In this document: positions 9,552-19,105 of the stretch, in pieces | How positions within the stretch are numbered: the first letter of the stretch is position 1 | Layout: the number at the start of each line of letters is the position of its first letter | Assembly (NCBI GenBank): GCA_963662285.2 | Contig: CAXXMV010000006.1 | Coordinates: 1,152,001 to 1,216,000 of the forward strand | Direction: 5' to 3' | DNA from: a bacterium | GTDB lineage: Bacteria; Hinthialibacterota; Hinthialibacteria; Hinthialibacterales; Hinthialibacteraceae | Length of the DNA: 64,000 bases | The notes under the pieces: generated by a model | Database searches by the model: none | What the model was told of the DNA's origin: nothing | The model's input: only the letters and a program-made list of their open reading frames with translations | Position numbers and translations under genes: made by a program

Positions 9552-10031
9552 ATGACTAATAAAGTTACCAACGTCGTGGTGGCCGGATTAGGTGGTCAGG
9601 GCGTACTTAAAGCGTCTGATATTTTGGCGGAAGCGGTGTTTGGCGCTGGATTCGATATAAAAAAAGCTGAAGTGCATGGCATGAGCCAGCGCGGCGGCTC
9701 GGTGAACAGCGACGTCCGTTTTGGCGACCGGGTTGATAGCCCGATGGTTCCCGATGGCCAGGCTGATTATCTGGTGGTGTTATCCGAAGACCAGATTGAT
9801 AATAATCTTGATCGTTTGCGTGAAGGCGGCGTATTGATCGTACCGGATAATATTGACAAGAAAGCTTTGTCTAATCCAAAAAGTTTGAACGTGGCGCTGC
9901 TGGGCGTTTTGAGTTCTCATCTGGGTATTGATGAAAAATTCTGGATAGAATCGATTTTGGCGAATCTTCCAGAGAAAATTCATGAAGTGAATAAAGCGGC
10001 GTTTGCTTTAGGTAAAGAAAGCGTTTCATGA
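9552..10031 (+). CDS. iorB: Indolepyruvate:ferredoxin oxidoreductase beta subunit
   Basis: GLGGQG and EVHGMSQRGGSV; directly follows iorA. Confidence 0.92.
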   Translation: MTNKVTNVVVAGLGGQGVLKASDILAEAVFGAGFDIKKAEVHGMSQRGGSVNSDVRFGDRVDSPMVPDGQADYLVVLSEDQIDNNLDRLREGGVLIVPDNIDKKALSNPKSLNVALLGVLSSHLGIDEKFWIESILANLPEKIHEVNKAAFALGKESVS

Positions 10032-10137
10032 TTCTGAAATTGCTGGGAAAGTTGCCTGGATAAGTGCCCACCTATCTTTTTTCATGAGGAATGTGTGTTA
10101 TATTAGAATGGATGGCCGGGGCATGTTGCAAATTTCG

Positions 10138-10173
10138 CCCTCACCCTATCCCTCTCCCGTGGGGAGAGGGGAC
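10138..10173 (+). repeat. REP-like palindrome family C
   Basis: CCCTCACCCTATCCCTCTCCCGTGGGGAGAGGGGAC. Confidence 0.75.
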
Positions 10174-10253
10174 ATGCAGGAATACGTAAACATAAATGTC
10201 GGAATAACTATGCTGGGATTTAATAATATTCTGTCTAATGGTGGGAAAGATAC

Positions 10254-11591
10254 ATGAAAGAACAATGGAATGACCGACCTGGTGGATTTCATCCGGCCAG
10301 TACGCCTGATTATCTACCCAAGACGCAACTGGAAGACCTGCAACTTCGTCGGCTTATATCGGTAGTCGAACTTTCGTATGAGAACGTACCAATGTTTCGT
10401 CAGCGAATGGAAGAACGGAAACTCACTCCAGATGATATTAAATCATTGGATGATATCCGGCGTCTTCCATTTACTATGAAAGCAGACCTGCGCGACTCAT
10501 ATCCATTTGGTTTATTCGCCCGGCCAATGGATGAGGTGGTTCGTCTTCATGCTTCGAGCGGAACTACCGGCAAGCCTACCGTTGTGGCATATACCCAAGA
10601 GGATATTGATGTCTGGTCGAGCGTCATGGTGCGAACCTTTGCGGCTTGCGGGCTGCATCGCGGCGATATCATTCAAAACGCCTATGGTTATGGGTTGTTT
10701 ACCGGAGGCTTGGGCGCTCATTATGGCGCTGAGGGACTTGGGGCGACGGTTATTCCCATATCGGGCGGCAACACTGACCGGCAGATAATGATCATGAAGG
10801 ATTTCGGAGTTTCCGCATTATGCTGCACTCCCAGTTATTTTCTTCATATCGTAGATCGCGCGGAAGAGATGGGGATTGATATCCGCGAGTTGCCCATCCG
10901 CGCAGGCATATTCGGCGCTGAGCCATGGTCTGAATCGATGCGCACCAGGTTGGAGAGCGGCGGCGGGATCAAAGCTTACGATATTTATGGACTATCGGAG
11001 ATTATCGGTCCTGGAGTAGCCAGCGAATGCGAGGCGCAGTCCGGGCTGCATATATTTGAAGATCATTTCTACCCCGAAATCATTGATCCAGAAACTGGCG
11101 ACCCGGTTCCTGATGGAGAAGAAGGCGAATTGGTCTTCACTACTCTGAGCAAGAGGGCGATGCCCGTCATCCGTTATAGGACCAGGGACATTACTTCAAT
11201 CATCACCGAACCCTGCGCTTGCGGACGTATTGTCCGGCGGATTAAACGCATCGGCCGCCGCAGCGATGATATGTTTATTATTCGTGGAGTTAACGTCTTC
11301 CCGTCACAGGTTGAAGTAGCCCTTTTGTCGATTGAAGACACGCTGCCTCATTATCAGATTATCCTGGAGCGGGTAAAAGACCTGGATATCATGACGGTTG
11401 AAGTTGAAGTGACCGCCAAATATTTCAGCGACAAAGTGCGGGCTATCGAAGAACTGCATCAGAAATTATCCCATGCCATAGAACAGACATTGGGAGTGAA
11501 GGTAAACCTGCGTTTGGTGGAACCGCATACCATTCAGAGAAGTGAAGGGAAAGCGAAGCGCGTCATAGATAATCGTGATCTCAATGCGTAA
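10254..11591 (+). CDS. paaK: Phenylacetate--CoA ligase
   Basis: [47 protein letters not shown]. Confidence 0.93.
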   Translation: MKEQWNDRPGGFHPASTPDYLPKTQLEDLQLRRLISVVELSYENVPMFRQRMEERKLTPDDIKSLDDIRRLPFTMKADLRDSYPFGLFARPMDEVVRLHASSGTTGKPTVVAYTQEDIDVWSSVMVRTFAACGLHRGDIIQNAYGYGLFTGGLGAHYGAEGLGATVIPISGGNTDRQIMIMKDFGVSALCCTPSYFLHIVDRAEEMGIDIRELPIRAGIFGAEPWSESMRTRLESGGGIKAYDIYGLSEIIGPGVASECEAQSGLHIFEDHFYPEIIDPETGDPVPDGEEGELVFTTLSKRAMPVIRYRTRDITSIITEPCACGRIVRRIKRIGRRSDDMFIIRGVNVFPSQVEVALLSIEDTLPHYQIILERVKDLDIMTVEVEVTAKYFSDKVRAIEELHQKLSHAIEQTLGVKVNLRLVEPHTIQRSEGKAKRVIDNRDLNA

Positions 11592-11647
11592 AATTTTATA
11601 TAGAAGATAGTATGTAGTTAACTTCTATAAACCGGGGATTAAATATT

Positions 11648-12091
11648 ATGAAAATTCATCAATTATCTCTGTTTATCGAGAATAAAGCCGGTCAATTGAC
11701 TGAACCGTGCGCTTTGCTGGCAGATGCAGGCATCAATATCTTAACCTTGATGCTGGCGGATACTCAACAGTTCGGCATCCTGCGCCTGATTGTGCGTGAT
11801 TGGGATAAAACCAAGACGCTATTGGAAGATAATGGTCATGTGGTTAATGTAACCGAGGTGGTTGCCATTGAAGTGCCTGACCGTCCTGGCGGCATTAAGG
11901 AAATCATCGAGATCATTGATACGGAAAGCCTGAATATTGAATATATGTATGCTTTTACTTCGGGCCGAAAAGATAAATCCGTTATTATCTTCCGTTTTGA
12001 GGATGTGGATAACGCTATTGAGGTTTTAAAGGACAAAGGCGTTAATGTTATTGGAAGCATCGATTTGTTTGACCAGGTCGAAAATAGTTGA
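11648..12091 (+). CDS. ACT domain protein (paaK-associated)
   Basis: QLSLFIENKAGQL, FGILRLIV, PDRPGG, NIEYMYAF. Confidence 0.9.
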   Translation: MKIHQLSLFIENKAGQLTEPCALLADAGINILTLMLADTQQFGILRLIVRDWDKTKTLLEDNGHVVNVTEVVAIEVPDRPGGIKEIIEIIDTESLNIEYMYAFTSGRKDKSVIIFRFEDVDNAIEVLKDKGVNVIGSIDLFDQVENS

Positions 12092-12131
12092 TATTAATAA
12101 TCTGCTGATTTATTGGAGTTGTTTTTGAATC

Positions 12132-13478
12132 ATGAGCATTACGAAAACGGAACATCATACATCCTTTGTTATAGACAATAAAATATGGGACCCGGCGGAG
12201 ACGCTGTCGAGGTCTCAATTACGTGAATTGCAAGCAGTCCGTTTAAGGGAAATCGTCGCCCGCGTGGCGGATGTGCCTTTTTATAGTGATGCTTTCAAAG
12301 AGAGAAATATCTCACCGGACTCCATTCAAAGCGTGGATGATCTTCATAAACTGCCTTTTACGAATAAATCTGACCTAAGGGATCATTATCCCCTGGGATT
12401 CCTGGCCGTGCCGCGGGAAAAGCTGGTTCGTCTGCATGGTTCTTCTGGTACTACCGGCAAGCCGACCTTCGTGGGGTATACACCCAAAGATATGAAGATG
12501 TGGTCTGATATCTGCGCCCGGTTTCTCACCGCTGGGGGATTACGGCCTGAGCATACCGTCCAAATCGCTTTTGGTTATGGATTGTTTACCGGCGGCTTCG
12601 GTTTGCATTACGGCGTTGAAAAAGTCGGCGCCCTGGTGATTCCTGTGGGCGGCGGTAACACAGAGCGTCAGTTATCCCTGATGATGGACCTTAATACCGA
12701 AGTCCTGGTTTGCACCCCCAGTTATGCGCTTTATCTGGCCGAGTACGCCAGAGAAAAAGGCATCGGGCCGGATGAACTGCCCTTGCAATACGCTCATTTA
12801 GGCGGCGAACCCTGGACCGAAGATATGCGTATTGAAATCGAACGTCAAATGGGTTTGTATGCCTTCAATAATTATGGATTGAGCGAAGTTATCGGTCCCG
12901 GCGTCAGCGGTGAATGCGCCGCCCGATGCGGAATGCATATTCAGGAAGATCATTTCCTGGTTGAGTGTTTGAACCCCGATACTTTAGAACCTGTGGCTGA
13001 AGGTGAAAAGGGTGAGTTGGTTTTCACTACGCTTACTAAAAAGGCCATGCCTTTGATTCGATACCGCACCAGGGATATTGCATCACTGGATTCAAGTCCC
13101 TGCGTATGCGGTCGTACCACCGTCAGAATGAGCCGGGTGGTTGGACGTACGGATGATATGATGATTATCCGTGGAGTTAACGTCTTTCCTTCTCAGATCG
13201 AGGAAGCTCTGCTGCGGGTGGAAGGAACTGCGCCGCACTATCAAATTATAATTTCCCGTCCCCAGGCATTAGATGAAGTGACGGTTCGTGTGGAAATGCG
13301 TCCTGAAGATTTCTCGGATATGATGACGAAAATGCAGGATTTGAAGATGCGCATCATCAAGGAAATTCAACATGTGGCTAACATCAGGGCTAATGTTGAG
13401 TTGGTTGATCCCCACACGCTGGAGCGCTTCCAGGGCAAAGCCCAGCGCGTAGTTGACAACCGGCAAGATCAGGCTTGA
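12132..13478 (+). CDS. paaK: Phenylacetate--CoA ligase (second paralogue)
   Basis: [41 protein letters not shown]. Confidence 0.92.
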   Translation: MSITKTEHHTSFVIDNKIWDPAETLSRSQLRELQAVRLREIVARVADVPFYSDAFKERNISPDSIQSVDDLHKLPFTNKSDLRDHYPLGFLAVPREKLVRLHGSSGTTGKPTFVGYTPKDMKMWSDICARFLTAGGLRPEHTVQIAFGYGLFTGGFGLHYGVEKVGALVIPVGGGNTERQLSLMMDLNTEVLVCTPSYALYLAEYAREKGIGPDELPLQYAHLGGEPWTEDMRIEIERQMGLYAFNNYGLSEVIGPGVSGECAARCGMHIQEDHFLVECLNPDTLEPVAEGEKGELVFTTLTKKAMPLIRYRTRDIASLDSSPCVCGRTTVRMSRVVGRTDDMMIIRGVNVFPSQIEEALLRVEGTAPHYQIIISRPQALDEVTVRVEMRPEDFSDMMTKMQDLKMRIIKEIQHVANIRANVELVDPHTLERFQGKAQRVVDNRQDQA

Positions 13479-13507
13479 TCGATTAGGTCTTTCATTGAAT
13501 AAATCTC

Positions 13508-13539
13508 AAAACGCCCGATTCTGTTGGGCGTTTTTTTTT
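13508..13539 (+). terminator. Rho-independent terminator
   Basis: AAAACGCCC...GGGCGTTTT hairpin with a T9 tract after the second paaK. Confidence 0.8.
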
Positions 13540-13550
13540 AAGTAAACTAT

Positions 13551-14747
13551 ATGTCAAATAAATGGATGTCCTGGACAATCTGGTTGATTGGCGCCGGGTG
13601 GATAATGTGGGATTTGCCTTACATTGTCCTGGTGCTGCCCAACGATTTTGATTACTACCTGAAAGCGGCGATCGATTTGGCGTCAGGTCAGAATATTTAT
13701 TATGATTGGATGGCCGAATCGGTGCGGGAAGGCATCGGGTCCTGGTATTTATATCCGCCTTATTTCGCCGCTGCGCTTTATCCCCTGACTTTTTTTGGAC
13801 AAATTATCGCGGAAGTGATCTTCGCTGTTTTGGTTATCTTATCAATACTGGGAGTTGATTATGGATTGATTCGTTTAAGGCGCAGAATTTTTCCTGATGC
13901 GCATCGCATTGATCTTTTAGTGCATAGTCTGGTCTTCTTCGCCATGCCTACCCGGTTGCTGGTCGGTTCTTTACAGGTTGAGGGCTTGTTGTTTTTATTG
14001 TTTTTGATTGCCTTGATATCGATGATCGAAAGATGGAGCGCATGGACAAGTGGAGCGGCGATTACTTTGGGCGTATTAATAAAAATATGGCCTACGCCGT
14101 ATATTGCATCCATGTACGGCGTGTTGCGATGGCGTATGATTTATCCGGTTATTATAGTAAGCGGTATAATCATTGCGCTGTTTACATTATTGTTTGGAGC
14201 GAAACCGCAATGGATTTTTATATTTGATATCTTCCCCGTTCTTATGTCTTACGCCGATGCATATAAAGATAACCAGTCATTGACGTTGTTCGCTCAACAG
14301 CACTTGTTTTTATCAGAAAATATAATGCGCCTGGTCAGGTGGTCGATACTGGCGAGTTATCTTTATATGACCTATCGTTCCAGAAAAGCTTTGCAGCATT
14401 ATGATTCAAGCGCTATTGTGATTAACGCATCTTTGTTTTTGTCCGCATCACTCTTGATCACTCCAACCGCCTGGACTGCCAGTCATATACGATTGCTGCT
14501 GCCTATCATGTTGTTATGTGGGTTGTGTTCAGAAAGAGGACGTCAATCTACATGGTTATCTTGGGTGACATTATCGGCTATTGTATTTTACATATATCCA
14601 CAAGAGCTATTGAAAAAATACCTGCCCATCTGGATCGACCGGTTCCCCATGCTTTATGCGGCGGGTATATTATATATTATTTTTCTGACCCTCTCTTTTT
14701 ATAGAACTAAGAATATTTGTGATAATCCTCCAAGTCCAAAGCAATGA
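13551..14747 (+). CDS. GT87-like (DUF2029) polytopic membrane glycosyltransferase
   Basis: DFDYY...G..IY, YLYPP, IKIWP, DNQSL and SP-like TPTAWTASH motifs; about 10 hydrophobic helices. Confidence 0.8.
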   Translation: MSNKWMSWTIWLIGAGWIMWDLPYIVLVLPNDFDYYLKAAIDLASGQNIYYDWMAESVREGIGSWYLYPPYFAAALYPLTFFGQIIAEVIFAVLVILSILGVDYGLIRLRRRIFPDAHRIDLLVHSLVFFAMPTRLLVGSLQVEGLLFLLFLIALISMIERWSAWTSGAAITLGVLIKIWPTPYIASMYGVLRWRMIYPVIIVSGIIIALFTLLFGAKPQWIFIFDIFPVLMSYADAYKDNQSLTLFAQQHLFLSENIMRLVRWSILASYLYMTYRSRKALQHYDSSAIVINASLFLSASLLITPTAWTASHIRLLLPIMLLCGLCSERGRQSTWLSWVTLSAIVFYIYPQELLKKYLPIWIDRFPMLYAAGILYIIFLTLSFYRTKNICDNPPSPKQ

Positions 14748-14806
14748 ACCTGGAGGATGAAAAGGTTTACGTTACTTTTAACGATAAGTTTGTTGTGTGA
14801 GTTATC

Positions 14807-15010
14807 CTAGCCACTTAACATCTGAGTCGTTTGATTTTGCTTTTTCAATGCGTACTTCAATTCCGCGATTTTCCAGAAATTTCGCAAAGCGTTGTAAGCG
14901 TTCTGTGGTTGCTGGCTGTTCACTGTCGCCAAGAGAAGTTTTTCCGATATCTGTCCGGTTAAAATTGGGTCGTGAGGCATATCGATTAGCATACATGATT
15001 TATACTCCAT
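14807..15010 (-). CDS. Small hypothetical protein
   Basis: 67-aa ORF with ATG preceded by AAGGAA; no family recognised. Confidence 0.3.
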   Translation of the reverse strand: MEYKSCMLIDMPHDPILTGQISEKLLLATVNSQQPQNAYNALRNFWKIAELKYALKKQNQTTQMLSG

Positions 15011-15382
15011 ATTTCCTTATTTGCTTTTTTCTCATATCACTTATAACGAAGAGATCGTATTGATTATTGAGTCAACTAAAGATGATTTTTGTTTAATGCT
15101 GTTTATGAATACAAAGAAACCATTTAAGTATTGACTTTAACTAAACGAATTATATTCAAATTAATTTGATGTAGAAATTTTGAAAACGCATTGTGGAATT
15201 TGAGATTGAAAAATTGCTCGATAGCGTTTTGTTTATCTCTCTACATCTTATTACGATCTTTCTGTCAAAAAGTTTCATTTATTTTTTAATTTTTTAAAAA
15301 AACTCATACCATTATTTATTTCGAATAGACAGATAGAATTATTATGGGTCAATAAAGTTATCAAGAAACATGGAGCAAACTG

Positions 15383-16378
15383 ATGAAAAACATGAATGAT
15401 AAGAGAACCCAATCCCTTGATAGAAGGAAGTTTCTGGAAATCTCGGCAGCTGTTACTGCCAGTGGAGAAAGCCTCTCTTGCATTGCTCAGGCGAGTGATA
15501 ATAGCAAGGGCGAATTGATCCACAAGAACGAACGTCCAACAATGACTTATCGATGTTTGGGTCGAACCAATTTCATGAGCAGCCGTCTGGTATTCGGCTG
15601 CGGCGCAGCTTTACGCGGAGGACATGCCTTCAATTTATTAGAACGGGCCTTTGAAGCGGGAATTAACCATTTCGACACCGGGAGACCCTATGGAGATAGC
15701 GAGCGGCAACTGGCGCCTTTTCTGAAATCACATCGTGATGAGATTTGGATTACTTCTAAGGCGGCGCACATGGGATGGCCTAGTATGAAGGTTACTCCCG
15801 ATCAGGGAAAAGAAGCAGCCAAACTTTATACGGATCAGCTGGAAGAGAGCCTCAGGGAATTGAAGACTGATTACATCGATTGCTATATGTTAATGATGAT
15901 TGATGATCCAGGCTTTGTTAAGAACGAAGAATTACACAACGCTTTCTTGAATGCAAAAAAGGCGGGTAAGGTGGGATGCTTTGGCGTTAGTACTCACAAA
16001 AATGCTCAAAAGGTTTTAGAGGCAGCTATTGAGACGGGGTGGTATAGCCTCGTTATGCCGGCCATCACTCCTGCTGGATGGTACGATTATGAAACCAAAG
16101 AACTATCGGTGAAAACTGTTCCTCTATTGAATCTTCAACCACTGCTTAAAAAAGCCAGCGAAGCCGGGATCGGATTGATCGCCATGAAGGCGGCGCGTAT
16201 GCTCGAAAAGCAACCGGAAATCTTTGATCAATATTATCCGGAAGAATTGAAAATGAAATCGCTGACGCCGTTTCAACGATCTTATACCTATATTTTGGAA
16301 AACGGTTTTGACGCCGCCAATTCTCATATGCCCAATAATTCCATATTACAGGATAACCTGCAAGTGGTTCGGGCTTAA
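15383..16378 (+). CDS. Aldo/keto reductase with Tat-like leader
   Basis: DRRKFL twin-arginine motif; GINHFDT, LKTDYID and IAMK motifs. Confidence 0.85.
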   Translation: MKNMNDKRTQSLDRRKFLEISAAVTASGESLSCIAQASDNSKGELIHKNERPTMTYRCLGRTNFMSSRLVFGCGAALRGGHAFNLLERAFEAGINHFDTGRPYGDSERQLAPFLKSHRDEIWITSKAAHMGWPSMKVTPDQGKEAAKLYTDQLEESLRELKTDYIDCYMLMMIDDPGFVKNEELHNAFLNAKKAGKVGCFGVSTHKNAQKVLEAAIETGWYSLVMPAITPAGWYDYETKELSVKTVPLLNLQPLLKKASEAGIGLIAMKAARMLEKQPEIFDQYYPEELKMKSLTPFQRSYTYILENGFDAANSHMPNNSILQDNLQVVRA

Positions 16379-16516
16379 ATAAAATCGTAGTTATTAATAT
16401 TGCGTTTAGCAGAAAATAAAATCATAAAATATATCTAATAAGCCTAGTAATTGATAAGTTTATGTGAGTAGAATAATTGAGTCTTATGTATTATAAAAAA
16501 AAAGGAGAAAAGGGAA

Positions 16517-17533
16517 ATGAGAAAAGTTTTGTTTTTGCTACTGCTGTGCGCAGCTCCGTTGATGACTCAGGCGCAACTATTTGAACCTGGTAATGTTATC
16601 TTTGCTGATCCATTTTATTCACCAGATGGTCAAATTGTTGAGTTGAAGATCACTGGTAATGAAGCTGAAGTAATCAATGTCGTCCGGTGGGATTTGGGCG
16701 ACACAGATCGCCGTCGCGCTTTGGGATTGGATGTTGATCCCAGCGGCAATGTCTGGGTAGGTCTGACTGCCGCTTATGGTGATGACAGCGAATTCCCTGA
16801 AGGAATCGGCGAAATTCTACGCATCGACAGTCAAGGCAACCAGCAAATATTTCAGACCGATATAACAAAAGTAACTTTCCTTACTGCTGTCGGTACTGAC
16901 GAAGTTATTATTCAGAGTAATGTTGCGACTGATAATTTTGCTCTGGGTTATAAGGTCGAAAATGGTGAAGTAGTAGATTCTCCCTATTATGAAAAAACAG
17001 GTTATGGTGAAGCTCTGCTGCTGCCTGACGGTCGCTTGCTGATGGGTGATCATGTTACTGGTGGAATTCTATTATTTGATAAAGCTGGTGGAGCATCTAC
17101 TGGCATGTTCTCTGAAGTTTTGGGTGCTGATGGTAATGCAAGAACGGTCCGTTCGCTGACCTATAATAATGAGATAGGCGCGGTTATCGCTTCTCTGCAA
17201 GATCAACACACCTTCCTGCGTATAAACTTGAATGGTGAGATCGAAGAAGAATATAATGGAACCGCTGATGGATTTACCGGAGTGTGGGGCGTCGCGCAGA
17301 TACCTGGAACAACCCAGTTCATAACTGGAAACCATAATGTTGCAGATTTAGCTAATACTTTGGCTATTTTTGATGCCAATGATCTGGCTGCCGGTCCACG
17401 CTTGATTGAAATTACATCTGGTTTTGAGCAAGCTGGTTTGGAAGCTGGAACCTCGTTCCAATCATTCTTTAACATCGCTGTAGTACCAGGCGCTGAATTC
17501 CCGGTTGGCCTTGCTGAATGGCAATTGTTCTAA
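16517..17533 (+). CDS. Exported probable beta-propeller protein with C-terminal LAEWQLF tail
   Basis: Signal peptide MRKVLFLLLLCAAPLMTQA; blade-like GLDVDPSGNVWVG and LPDGRLLMG; AGGAG RBS. Confidence 0.7.
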   Translation: MRKVLFLLLLCAAPLMTQAQLFEPGNVIFADPFYSPDGQIVELKITGNEAEVINVVRWDLGDTDRRRALGLDVDPSGNVWVGLTAAYGDDSEFPEGIGEILRIDSQGNQQIFQTDITKVTFLTAVGTDEVIIQSNVATDNFALGYKVENGEVVDSPYYEKTGYGEALLLPDGRLLMGDHVTGGILLFDKAGGASTGMFSEVLGADGNARTVRSLTYNNEIGAVIASLQDQHTFLRINLNGEIEEEYNGTADGFTGVWGVAQIPGTTQFITGNHNVADLANTLAIFDANDLAAGPRLIEITSGFEQAGLEAGTSFQSFFNIAVVPGAEFPVGLAEWQLF

Positions 17534-17598
17534 GAAACAATAGTTTATAGAAAATGATGGGACGCGCTGACGCTTTGTTCCATACTACAATAGCTACA

Positions 17599-17631
17599 AA
17601 AGCGGGCTGGAGATTATCTTCAGCCCGCTTT
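17599..17631. terminator. Bidirectional terminator between convergent genes
   Basis: AAAGCGGGCTG...CAGCCCGCTTT. Confidence 0.75.
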
Positions 17632-17645
17632 CATATATGCTATGC

Positions 17646-18659
17646 TTAATTTTTTGATGTATCGCTGATGATGCGGTAGGCTTCTGGATTCCGGTCGCTG
17701 AGGACGCTGTCGCGGAACATTTCGCCCTGTTGGCCGGATGAGAAGCCGGGGGCGATGCGTCGGCGGTTCAGGTCTATATCGGTAATGATCATCCCCGCTT
17801 CGTAGCCCGCATTGGATAGTATCTGACCATAGGGATCGACGATGCCGCTGCGCCCGATGGGGTCTCTGGGTCTCCAACCATTACCGTCTTGTACTCCCCG
17901 GCTGACGACGGCTAGATACTGGTCATTGTCGATAGCCCGGCTGCGGATCACTATCCAATCCAACTCCTGTCCCCAACCCGACCACCAGGTAGGCCAGAAA
18001 ACCAGTTCGGCGCCTTTTAACATAAAGACGCGGCTGGATTCAGGAAAACTAAGGTCATGGCAGATTTGTATGCCGATTGTTCCGAAATCGAGTTTGAATA
18101 CGGGGAAATAATCGCCGCGTACTACTCCTTTTTTGAGTTCCGTCTGGGTGGGATGAACTTTGTCGTAGTATCCAGTGATGGAACCGTCGCGCCCAACAAC
18201 AATGGCGGTGTTGCGCCTGGTTCCGTCTCTCTCGGCGACCACGGGGAAGATGATGTGCATCTTATGTTTTCTGGCGTTATCTCTGATGGAGTTCAAGGCC
18301 GTGAAATCCGGTATCTTCAGCCCTTCCATATTAATGGCGCCCTCACCCAGACAGGCGATATCGGCGTGGGCTTTTCCTGCTTGATCCAAATGTTGTAATA
18401 TCCATTTCATCTGCCAGGCGCGGATTGCTTCAGGAGTTTCGCCTTCCTCCCAACACGGTTGTTGAAGGATGGCGACCTTAACTATACGTTTTTTAGATTG
18501 CTCAGCTGATTCGGCTGTATTAAGAGAAATTACCAATAATGAACAAGTAAATAGAACTAAGGTAATAGGTATGAGTAAGCGATGAGTTTTGGAATGTAAA
18601 CATGTTTTAATTAGTCGTCTAAACAATCGGGTAAGAACTTTATGATATTGGTTTTTCAT
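17646..18659 (-). CDS. Carbon-nitrogen hydrolase (nitrilase superfamily) with N-terminal membrane anchor
   Basis: Glu-Lys-Cys triad contexts CLGE, YDKVH, QICHDLSFPE; RSRAIDN. Confidence 0.9.
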   Translation of the reverse strand: MKNQYHKVLTRLFRRLIKTCLHSKTHRLLIPITLVLFTCSLLVISLNTAESAEQSKKRIVKVAILQQPCWEEGETPEAIRAWQMKWILQHLDQAGKAHADIACLGEGAINMEGLKIPDFTALNSIRDNARKHKMHIIFPVVAERDGTRRNTAIVVGRDGSITGYYDKVHPTQTELKKGVVRGDYFPVFKLDFGTIGIQICHDLSFPESSRVFMLKGAELVFWPTWWSGWGQELDWIVIRSRAIDNDQYLAVVSRGVQDGNGWRPRDPIGRSGIVDPYGQILSNAGYEAGMIITDIDLNRRRIAPGFSSGQQGEMFRDSVLSDRNPEAYRIISDTSKN

Positions 18660-18694
18660 GAGGTTTACTCCGCTTTTTTAGTTTATAAGTTTTT

Positions 18695-18734
18695 CACTAC
18701 GGATCATTACATTAATATATAATGATCCGTAGTG
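18695..18734. promoter_or_regulatory. Perfect 15-bp inverted repeat in a divergent intergenic region
   Basis: CACTACGGATCATTA-N10-TAATGATCCGTAGTG. Confidence 0.5.
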
Positions 18735-19105
18735 GATTGAATAGGAGTGTATAGTGATTGTGTAGTAAGCGTATGTTATCCGATTAGAGAGTTTTTTATA
18801 ATTATGTTCCGTAATTCGCATTTCTAAAAAAGCCGAAAAAGAAATCCTTCTTTTCTTATTATCACCCAAAAACATAAATTATCCTCATTACTATAATCAT
18901 CCATTTTGTATAGTAAATATACAAAAAGTAACGAAAAAAGGTTTTATTGATATTTTTGTATTGATATATATATTGGTCTATCGAAAAAATAAATAAATAC
19001 TGTTGACTTCTCAATTGTAATGGATAAGTTCCTCTAGATAAAGTATTAATATCTGCTTGGAGACGCATAATGGAAAACAGACAAATTCAGGAAGGTTATT
19101 GACTA

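Noticed and set aside
13551-14747. GT87-like membrane protein as the processing enzyme (exosortase-like) for the C-terminal tail
   Set aside because: Motifs fit a GT-C glycosyltransferase. No exosortase Cys-Arg-His pattern was seen, and there is no linkage to tail-bearing genes.
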